Of a stretch of DNA of 32,000 bases, positions 24,989 to 32,000 are shown piece by piece. The DNA lies in the NCBI RefSeq assembly GCF_001412615.1, contig NZ_CP013011.1:780001-812000 (forward strand), given 5' to 3'. Position 1 is the first letter of the stretch; every line of letters starts with the position of its first letter. The translations under genes were made by a program, and so were the position numbers. This DNA is from Pyrodictium delaneyi (GTDB taxonomy: Archaea; Thermoproteota; Thermoprotei_A; Sulfolobales; Pyrodictiaceae). The notes beneath the pieces are model-generated. The model ran no database searches and was not told the origin of the DNA. It saw only the letters and a program-made list of their open reading frames with translations.

Positions 24989-26116
24989 CTAATAGCTAGT
25001 TGGGAGAACTTGTGTGCCATGTGCAGCTACAAGAGTCTCCACCGGCTTGTAGTCGTATGTAAACCCGAAATGCCTCGGGCCGAAGAGTTCAAGGCCTCTT
25101 GGCGTCCTCCACGCCTCGTGTGCTCTAGCCGCGACAACATATACATGTAGGCCGGGCCTAAGCCGCGTAACGAGTACAAGCTCAGCTTTACTATCCACGA
25201 GCGATATAATGTCGGGAGGCATAACGATGGGTTCTCCGTCGAGCCAGGCCATTATGTACTCGTTCTTAACCCACACTTTGAGTTCTCTACCTCCACTAGC
25301 GTCTATACCCTTTATCGTTACATAGCCTTCTAGGAACCCCGCATTATCACTAAGCTGTGTATCCTCTACAACGCCCTCGAAGACAAGCCACCCGCGACAT
25401 GCCTCCAGAAGAGCATCAAGAGGGTTCGAGCCTGTAGCGCGTGCCTCCAACACTCTAGCACCGAGTTCGAAAGCCCGGGAGATGCTTCCCCGGATCAGAG
25501 CCCTCCTAGCCTCCTCCGGCCCTAGTGGTGCATCGACGACAGCCACGGACGAGCCGGAAGATGCAGCAAGCGATCTCACTATGTGCTCGTACTCGTCTAT
25601 ACTCGCATACTCATAGAGCACTAGAAGACTACCCGTCCTAGAGGCTACCGCGCTTGGCGCCAAGCTTAGACCATAGATGTTTAACGTGTCCTGGTGTATC
25701 TCTGGCGCAGCTCTTCCTACACGGTCCCCGTCAACTACGGGGACGTTTGCAAGCGAAGCAGCTAGGAAGGCTACTGGTGTATTGCCAGCACCAAGCTCGA
25801 CGGGGGCTATAGCCCCTATGTTGACACCAACACGTCTACGTAGGGTGGAGAGGGCTCTAGCCAACGGGACGCGTACAGCATCGAGGCTTTGATGGCTAGC
25901 ACTACGGGCCATACTTCCTACCATATAGGCAGAGACGATAGTCTCGTTAACCTCGTCGATGTCATAGAGTATGAGCGACCGAGACTTAGCTATGTAGACC
26001 TCGTTTACTATCTTCCAGCCCCGCTCCCAGCTACCTCCACCACCGGTGGCGTAGAAGGAGAGGCCGATGAGAAGTGCACGGAAGCCCTCTCTACCTGATA
26101 CAGTAAGAGTAGGCAA
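24989..26116 (-). CDS. DUF917-like protein
   Basis: The N-terminal LLIGLSFYATGGGGS pattern, the length of about 375 aa and the overall alpha/beta character match my recollection of DUF917. TTG start. No search was run. Confidence 0.5.
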   Translation of the reverse strand: MPTLTVSGREGFRALLIGLSFYATGGGGSWERGWKIVNEVYIAKSRSLILYDIDEVNETIVSAYMVGSMARSASHQSLDAVRVPLARALSTLRRRVGVNIGAIAPVELGAGNTPVAFLAASLANVPVVDGDRVGRAAPEIHQDTLNIYGLSLAPSAVASRTGSLLVLYEYASIDEYEHIVRSLAASSGSSVAVVDAPLGPEEARRALIRGSISRAFELGARVLEARATGSNPLDALLEACRGWLVFEGVVEDTQLSDNAGFLEGYVTIKGIDASGGRELKVWVKNEYIMAWLDGEPIVMPPDIISLVDSKAELVLVTRLRPGLHVYVVAARAHEAWRTPRGLELFGPRHFGFTYDYKPVETLVAAHGTQVLPTSY

Positions 26117-26154
26117 GACGGTGTAACCCCGTGATTAAAGCGCTGCTTGGAGGA

Positions 26155-26937
26155 CTAGCTGCCTACCTCTACGCCGCCGCTACGCGTGATGCGGCGGAGC
26201 AGCTCTATCGTCGAGAGAGCTGCGAGCAGGCTTGTCCGCGGGTTACGGGGCGAGGGCACGTTCTCTACGCGTATTTCAAGCCTAGATGCCTTGGATTCGA
26301 CTATTACTATGTGGGTGTTACGTTCAATTCTCGGGTCGGCTACTATCTCGACCTCAGCCTCCATGCCCGCAGCGAGACTCAGCGCGGCAGCGACGTTCAC
26401 ATTGAAGGGATAGAGTCGAACAGCCTCACTCGCGGGGCCACGGTACAACACCCTGGGCTCATTGACTTCCACACCGAGGCTCTTTGGGGGCTTCACGGTG
26501 CGGAGCAGCAGTCTCCGTATCCCAGCGCGACGTAGTGCTCGTACAGCGTCAAGGCCTGCGAGCGCCCCCGTAGGGACGTAGACATGTACACCTCGTTGCT
26601 CCGCCTCTCGGTTAAGCTTCTCGAGCAGCTCCTTGTCGAGCAGTGCACCGGCGCTAAGCACTACGAGGTCTACACCAGCCTCCACTACGCGGAGGGCGTA
26701 CTGCCGGACAGCTTCCTGGCTAGCAGCCTCCACTACAAGGTCTGGCCTAGTCTCAAGGAGTTCTTCGATGTTCCGGGCAATCCGGGCTCGGGGGGCTAGC
26801 TGTTGTAGTCTCAGGCATTTCTCCGGCGCCAGGTCCATAAAGGCTGTTATCTCCGCCTCTATCACACCCTGGTTAACGGCTTCTACTATCTCGCTAGCTA
26901 TAGCGCCGCAGCCTATGAGTGCTAGCTTTTTCAACAC
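26155..26937 (-). CDS. nadX: L-aspartate dehydrogenase
   Basis: LALIGCGAIASEIV Rossmann motif, VKPPKSLG, LYPFNVNVAAAL, VEIVADP..ERNTHIV and ENVPSPRNPRTSLLAALS closely parallel Thermotoga TM1643-type AspDH. The GTG start overlaps the nadC stop by 7 nt. Confidence 0.85.
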   Translation of the reverse strand: MLKKLALIGCGAIASEIVEAVNQGVIEAEITAFMDLAPEKCLRLQQLAPRARIARNIEELLETRPDLVVEAASQEAVRQYALRVVEAGVDLVVLSAGALLDKELLEKLNREAEQRGVHVYVPTGALAGLDAVRALRRAGIRRLLLRTVKPPKSLGVEVNEPRVLYRGPASEAVRLYPFNVNVAAALSLAAGMEAEVEIVADPRIERNTHIVIVESKASRLEIRVENVPSPRNPRTSLLAALSTIELLRRITRSGGVEVGS

Positions 26938-27794
26938 TGGTCCAGCCTCCTCATTCTCATAGACAGATCGACACGAGCCGGGTATAGCAGAGGATAGCTA
27001 GTACTCACCACGTCAACGCCTGTAGCAGCGTACTCGGCTATATTCTCGGGCGTTATACCGCCGCTAGCCTCGACGACAATCCTACTCCTCACCCCCTCCC
27101 TCTCTAGCAGAAGGATTGTCTCCCGAACCTCATCGGGAGACATATTGTCAAGGAGTACAGCATCTACACCCAGTCTTGCAGCAGTGAGGGCCTCCTCCGG
27201 CGTAGAGGCCTCTACCTCAACTCTGTGCATAAAGCTCCGCTGCTCCAGCACCCTCCGTAGAGCCTCGCCATAGTCTCCCACTAGGGCCACATGATTGTCC
27301 TTTACCAGAATCGCGTCGCTGAGCCCGAGTCTATGGGTGTCCCCGCCACCAGCAGCAAAGGCTCTCTTCGCACAGACGCGTAGCCCCGGAGGCGTCTTAC
27401 GCGTCGCGGCAACCCGCACCCCCGGGGCTACGCGTCTAGCAGTATCCACCATACGGCGTGTCTGAGTGGCCACGCCAAACGCGTAGATGAGGAGGTTCAG
27501 AATTGTGCGCTCCAGCGCCAGTAGTAGCCCGGCAGGCCCCCGGATCCGAAGTACTATGTCTCCCGGCTCTACTAGTTCGCCAGGCTTCTTTGGGGCCTCA
27601 ACGTCCAGCCCTAGGATACGCAGTGCTCTAGCAAGCTCGGCTGTACATGCAGCTACGGCCCGGCTCTTTGCAACAACCACGGCCTCAGCACATACATCTT
27701 CTAGGCCTAGAGCATCCGTAGTGAGGTCCCAGTGGGGCATATCCTCCCGGAGCCACTGGAGAATTTCCTCAGCCATCATACGGGCTAGCGCCAA
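26931..27794 (-). CDS. nadC: Nicotinate-nucleotide pyrophosphorylase (quinolinate phosphoribosyltransferase)
   Basis: DLTTDAL, ATRKTPPGLR, GGGDTHRLGLSDAILVKDNH and EASGGITPENI. The ORF starts at TTG 27794, and ATG 27779/27776 are alternative starts. Confidence 0.9.
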   Translation of the reverse strand: MALARMMAEEILQWLREDMPHWDLTTDALGLEDVCAEAVVVAKSRAVAACTAELARALRILGLDVEAPKKPGELVEPGDIVLRIRGPAGLLLALERTILNLLIYAFGVATQTRRMVDTARRVAPGVRVAATRKTPPGLRVCAKRAFAAGGGDTHRLGLSDAILVKDNHVALVGDYGEALRRVLEQRSFMHRVEVEASTPEEALTAARLGVDAVLLDNMSPDEVRETILLLEREGVRSRIVVEASGGITPENIAEYAATGVDVVSTSYPLLYPARVDLSMRMRRLDQC

Positions 27795-27851
27795 TATACA
27801 CGCCCCAGAGAAAACAGTGCGTTCAAGCCTGAGTCTATGGATTTCTCGGAG

Positions 27852-29036
27852 CTACCGGCGGCTTTTGAACCGTGCAGCTATACGGGCCCGGAACTGCCTG
27901 AGAGTCTCCGGCCCTGTCACGGCGGTCTCCGATTCAAGTGCCTTAAGGAGCACCACTAGTACTAGTAAGGTCTCGGCAAGCTGCACAATAGTAGCTGTCA
28001 CGGCGTAGTCCAAGCCTATGAGGGGCGACATGCCTGCGTATATGACGGCTGTATAAGGCAGCAGCGTGAATATCTTGGATGCTGGTATGCCTGTCATGGT
28101 CATTACTGTTGGCACTATTGCCGGGATCACTACTATTGGCGCGGCAGACTGTGCACCACGTACTGTTGAAGCAAACATCCCGACGAGCATTGACAGTATT
28201 ACGACGAAGAATGCCTCCGATGCCAGAGCGACGACATACACGAGCATGTCCGTCAAAGTATAGTATTTGGTTAAATCTAGGCTAACGCCTACGGAGCTGA
28301 AGAGTTGATAGAGCCCTGCCATTGCAGAGATAGCAGCGAGTATAGCTACTATGAGGGCCGCGATAGCTTTTGATAACGCTATACGCCGCCGGCTCACGGG
28401 AAGCGAGAACAATACTTCAAGCATGCGTTCCTCTCTCTCAGCACCTATGAGCGTCGCACCAAGCGATGCTGCCGGGAAGAGTATGAAGAACGTAGCATAT
28501 CCCAGTGTTATTCCTGCTCCATGGACATTGTTGAGTTCATTTATACTCCATAATCGATCGTTGAGCAGTATATATGCGTTAGATGTTATGTTTTCGCTTG
28601 GCGATAGCGCGCGTGCTATCCGGCTGCTTATAGAACCTGGTAACGCTAATGTGCGTGCTAGCTGCGATAGCTCACCACGCACATACACATCTACAGCTAT
28701 CTTTCCATTGGTTACATTCAGCATCATGATGGCGTCATATCCGCCTGTTTTCAGTAGCTCTACTGGGTTACACGTCTCAACTACATCGATAGACACGTTG
28801 CTTGCCCGCAATCCAGCAGCTATCATGTTAAGCATGGTAGTCTGGGCAGGACTCTCCGGGCAGACAGCTAATGCTAGCTTAGTGCCACGCAGCTCAGCAG
28901 CTTTCCTTATCTGTTCCGAGGCAGCACCATAGAATGGAGTCATTGCCGAGTATATAACAAATGGGAGAATAATCATAGCTATTACCATAGGCTCCCGTAG
29001 TAATGTCTTAAGCTCCTTCTCAAGCAGTCTACGCAT
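27852..29036 (-). CDS. ABC-2 type transporter permease
   Basis: 394 aa with an N-terminal TM helix, a large extracytoplasmic loop and about 5 C-terminal TM helices. It starts 7 nt downstream of the ATPase gene. Confidence 0.7.
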   Translation of the reverse strand: MRRLLEKELKTLLREPMVIAMIILPFVIYSAMTPFYGAASEQIRKAAELRGTKLALAVCPESPAQTTMLNMIAAGLRASNVSIDVVETCNPVELLKTGGYDAIMMLNVTNGKIAVDVYVRGELSQLARTLALPGSISSRIARALSPSENITSNAYILLNDRLWSINELNNVHGAGITLGYATFFILFPAASLGATLIGAEREERMLEVLFSLPVSRRRIALSKAIAALIVAILAAISAMAGLYQLFSSVGVSLDLTKYYTLTDMLVYVVALASEAFFVVILSMLVGMFASTVRGAQSAAPIVVIPAIVPTVMTMTGIPASKIFTLLPYTAVIYAGMSPLIGLDYAVTATIVQLAETLLVLVVLLKALESETAVTGPETLRQFRARIAARFKSRR

Positions 29037-29042
29037 ACAACA

Positions 29043-29801
29043 TCACCCCTCACGGTGCCCAGCTATAGCATTCATGTAGGCTTCTTCGAGGTTACGGGCA
29101 CCATACTTCTCAATAATCTCCCGCGGTGTGCCAATCTCGATGATCCTGCCATCCTTTATGAGGGCTACACGGTCGCAAACATACTCGACCTCTAGCATGT
29201 TGTGACTACTCAGCAACACGGTGACTCCTCTACTCTTAGCGTACTCAACTATGACACGGCGTAGCTCATAGCTGGCTTCGACGTCAAGTCCCGACGTGGG
29301 CTCATCGAGTATAGCGAGCCGAGGCCGCACAGCTAAGGCCCAGGCAACCTGGACGCGGCGCTTCATACCCTTGCTATACTCCTGCATCCGCTTCTTGCTC
29401 AGTACATCTGGATCGAGGCTAGTGAGGTTCACAGCCTCCTCTAGAGCCCTATCAATATCGTCTCGGGAAGCGCCACGCGCAGACATGAATGTCTCGACTA
29501 CAAAGGACAGGTATTCATAGCCTGTGAGCCGCCGGTAGCCGCCGACCTCCTCTGGCACGTAGACGAGTCTCTTCCGCGCCTCTAGAGGCTCCTTAGCAAC
29601 GTCTACACCATCCACAATAACGCGGCCACTAGTAGGCTTGAGCAGTGTTGCAATGATCCGGAACGTGGTAGTCTTTCCTGCACCATTCGGCCCAACTAGG
29701 CCGAAGACCTCACCCTCTTCGACACGGAAGCTGACGCCGCGGAGAGCTTCGACGCCTCCAGGATAGACTTTCACGAGATCATTGACGACGAGTACTGACA
29801 T
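29043..29801 (-). CDS. ABC transporter ATP-binding protein (ABC-2/DrrA-like)
   Basis: Walker A GPNGAGKTT, degenerate signature YSKGMKRRV, Walker B LAILDEPTSGLD and H-loop LLSSHNM. Confidence 0.9.
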   Translation of the reverse strand: MSVLVVNDLVKVYPGGVEALRGVSFRVEEGEVFGLVGPNGAGKTTTFRIIATLLKPTSGRVIVDGVDVAKEPLEARKRLVYVPEEVGGYRRLTGYEYLSFVVETFMSARGASRDDIDRALEEAVNLTSLDPDVLSKKRMQEYSKGMKRRVQVAWALAVRPRLAILDEPTSGLDVEASYELRRVIVEYAKSRGVTVLLSSHNMLEVEYVCDRVALIKDGRIIEIGTPREIIEKYGARNLEEAYMNAIAGHREG

Positions 29802-30223
29802 ATTCTCTAGAGCCTCCTTCCAACACCTCCGAGAATATTGTAAGGGCGGGGTAAAGCCGAAATAATATATTTGTCGATTTTCTCTATCTGGCTGAGCTAT
29901 TGGTCTATTCGCCAGTCTCTTAGAAGCTCACTGAAGATAATTAACCGGCTTAGAGTACTAGAGAAGAACTGCCACGAGTAAACTCGAGTCATGCCGCCGC
30001 TGCTTACAGAGAAACGCGTTATAGGTATTCTACCCTGCCAAGGCGATATCTCCCAGCCATAGAGAAGCTAAATAGCCGACGTAGACTGCTAAGAGCGAAA
30101 GACTTGCGTAGTCTAGCCTCCGGGCTGCTCAAAAGCCTGGGAATGAGGTAGTGCTTGGCTTCGCCGAGCCCCCTTGGACAAGGGCTGTGTGGAAGGGGAG
30201 CGAAGCCGACCCCGCCTCACCGG

Positions 30224-31102
30224 CTAGCCTTGGTTCTCATGCTCCTCTTGATTTTCTCGTTCTAGTAGCTTCTGGAGGCGCTGGTACTCGCCGTTTTTCA
30301 TCCCCCAGTACATGTCCTGGGCGGGGAACTGGCTGCTCCGTACCTCGCGGGCGTACGCCTCAACGGCGCCCCGTATTATCGAGGCTAGGTCGACGTAGCG
30401 CTTGGCGAAGGGTGGCGGTGTTGGGGTTAGTCCTAGTAGGTCGTGGATGACAAGTACTTGGCCGTCGCAGTAGGGGCCGCTGCCGATACAGATGGTGGGC
30501 ACTTGTATCCTCCTGGTTATCTCCCTGGCTACTTCCCAGGCGGTGAACTCCACGACTATCGCGAAGGCGCCTGCCTCGGCCGCTTCCTCGGCGTCGCGTA
30601 TGATCTCTAGGGCCTCTTCGGCGGTCTTGCCTACTAGGCGGTAGCCTCCGAGGAGCTTGTGCTTCTGAGGCGTTAGGCCGACGTGAGCCATTACCGGGAT
30701 GCCGGCGCGGCGCATCGCTTTTATCACGTCCGTGTAGAGGCTGCCGCCCTCTATCTTCACTGCGTCGGCGCCTGCTGCCAGCAACCTGCCAGCGTTCCTC
30801 ACGGCCTCGGAGACAGAGGCCTCGTAGCTCATGAACGGCATGTCGCCGACTATCATTGCGCGGGGCTGGGCCCGGGCTACGGCGGCTGTATGGCGCACCA
30901 TGTCCTCCATGGTTACCTGGAGGGTTGAGGGAAGCCCGAGCACAACCATGCCCAGCGAGTCGCCCACCAGGATCATGTCGACGCCGGCCTCGTCGACAAG
31001 CCGGGCGGTGGGCGTATCGTAGGCGGTAACCATTACGAGCTTCTCGCCACGCTGCTTAGCCTTCAGTATGTGGCGCACGGTGATCTTCTCCCGGCCAGCC
31101 AT
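30224..31102 (-). CDS. panB: 3-methyl-2-oxobutanoate hydroxymethyltransferase (ketopantoate hydroxymethyltransferase)
   Basis: LVMVTAYDTPTARLVDEAGVDMILVGDSLGMVVLG, VGDMPFMSY, VKIEGG and HVGLTPQ motifs. There is a short C-terminal extension. Confidence 0.9.
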   Translation of the reverse strand: MAGREKITVRHILKAKQRGEKLVMVTAYDTPTARLVDEAGVDMILVGDSLGMVVLGLPSTLQVTMEDMVRHTAAVARAQPRAMIVGDMPFMSYEASVSEAVRNAGRLLAAGADAVKIEGGSLYTDVIKAMRRAGIPVMAHVGLTPQKHKLLGGYRLVGKTAEEALEIIRDAEEAAEAGAFAIVVEFTAWEVAREITRRIQVPTICIGSGPYCDGQVLVIHDLLGLTPTPPPFAKRYVDLASIIRGAVEAYAREVRSSQFPAQDMYWGMKNGEYQRLQKLLERENQEEHENQG

Positions 31103-31998
31103 GGCTCTAGCAGCCTCACAACATTGTACACAGCCTTGTTCACGGGGGCCTGCGCCCCGTGCTTCTCCGCCGTCCTCCAGACAGCGCCGTTGATATAGTC
31201 TATCTCGGTCCGCCTCCCCGCGGCTACGTCTTGTAGCATGGAGGAGCAGTTGTCCCCGGTAGCATCGGCGACCCTTAGAGCCTCCTCGACCGGGTCCACG
31301 GGGAGCTCCACACCCGCGGCCGCCGCAGCCCGGCCCGTCTCAGCCGCGAGCTCCACGGCGAGCTGTCGGGCGTAAGGATTCTCCACGACCACCCGGTTCC
31401 TATCCCACGCAATCACCGTCACCGGGTTGACCGCCGCGTTGACCGCGAGCTTAGCCCAACGATACGGCTCGATGTCAGCCACGTACTCGGCGTCTAGGCC
31501 TCCCGCCAGGAGGAGCTCGACTAGCAGCCGGGCCGACGGGCTACACTGGCCGGAGACAGCACGGCAGCCGACCACTACGCGGCGGCTTCTACCGGCGAGT
31601 CGGCTATGACAGCTTCCGGGGGGCCGGTAGACACCGTAGAACGCCAATGCAGCCACGGCCCTAGAGGAGCCGTAGACACGCTCAAGCTGCTCGAGGCTTC
31701 CCAGCCCGTTCTGCATAGAGACGACCAGGCCCGGGCTCCAGCCCGCGTTGAGCGAGGCCTCTACTGCGGCTTCGAGGTCGTAGGCCTTAGTCGCGTAGAC
31801 CACTACCTCAGGCTCCAAGCCGGGAGCGGCATCCCAGCCGCAAACCTTGACTGCAGCCTCTCCCAGGCCCTCGACGGTCACCCGCTCTAGATGGCAGCCG
31901 CTACGGCGCCTCGCAACCACAGCCACATCGGCGCCGGCGAGGGCGAGCGCTACTGTCACGGCGCTGCCGACAGCGCCGCAGCCTCCGACCACAGCCAC
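31063..31998 (-). CDS. panE: 2-dehydropantoate 2-reductase (ketopantoate reductase), N-terminus at or just beyond the window edge
   Basis: VVGGCGAVGSAVTVALALAG Rossmann motif at the window edge, NGLGS, and SSMLQDVAAGRRTEIDYINGAV. It overlaps the panB start by 40 nt. Confidence 0.8.
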   Translation of the reverse strand: MAVVGGCGAVGSAVTVALALAGADVAVVARRRSGCHLERVTVEGLGEAAVKVCGWDAAPGLEPEVVVYATKAYDLEAAVEASLNAGWSPGLVVSMQNGLGSLEQLERVYGSSRAVAALAFYGVYRPPGSCHSRLAGRSRRVVVGCRAVSGQCSPSARLLVELLLAGGLDAEYVADIEPYRWAKLAVNAAVNPVTVIAWDRNRVVVENPYARQLAVELAAETGRAAAAAGVELPVDPVEEALRVADATGDNCSSMLQDVAAGRRTEIDYINGAVWRTAEKHGAQAPVNKAVYNVVRLLEPWLAGRRSPCATY

Positions 31999-32000
31999 CT

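Noticed and set aside
30151-30450. 99-aa plus-strand ORF overlapping panB
   Set aside because: It is antisense to a strongly supported panB and is rich in Arg/Ser/Pro/Gly, so it is a shadow ORF. The same reasoning applies to the many other antisense ORFs in the track (for example 11824-12252, 21104-21646, 27487-28008, 28351-28932).
1-32000. CRISPR arrays, IS elements, integrases, rRNA genes
   Set aside because: I saw no regularly spaced direct repeats, no transposase- or integrase-like translations in the ORF track, and no rRNA-like conserved stretches on reading through the window.

Overview
GC-rich, tightly packed chromosomal segment that reads like a hyperthermophilic crenarchaeon, probably Desulfurococcales/Pyrodictiaceae-like. 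That assignment is an inference from archaeal-type gene families, GGAGGTG-type Shine-Dalgarno runs, AT-rich TATA-containing spacers and many GTG/TTG starts. I support about 33 protein genes, mostly housekeeping: purine (purB, purA, purE), pyrimidine (pyrD), succinyl-CoA synthetase (sucCD), NAD (nadC, nadX), CoA (panB, panE), [NiFe]-hydrogenase maturation (hypA, Mrp/MinD-type ATPase, endopeptidase), an ABC-2 exporter, a VapBC toxin-antitoxin pair, CBS, CYTH and molybdoenzyme genes. I saw no rRNA, tRNA, CRISPR array, transposase or integrase. The most interesting items are: (1) a divergent archaeo-eukaryotic-primase-fold protein with a long C-terminal extension (12538-14010); (2) a GC-rich multi-hairpin island with a Shine-Dalgarno-sequestering stem upstream of an orphan ORF in an AT-rich islet (6546-7292); (3) a c-type cytochrome tail (two CxxCH motifs), a His-bearing membrane protein and a radical SAM/SPASM enzyme at the left edge; (4) a Zn-ribbon/PUA-like/PP-loop/2x[4Fe-4S] multidomain enzyme divergent from an Mrr-like wHTH nuclease and next to VapBC; (5) a secreted Met/His/Cys-rich protein. 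All functional calls come from reading motifs by eye; no searches were run.
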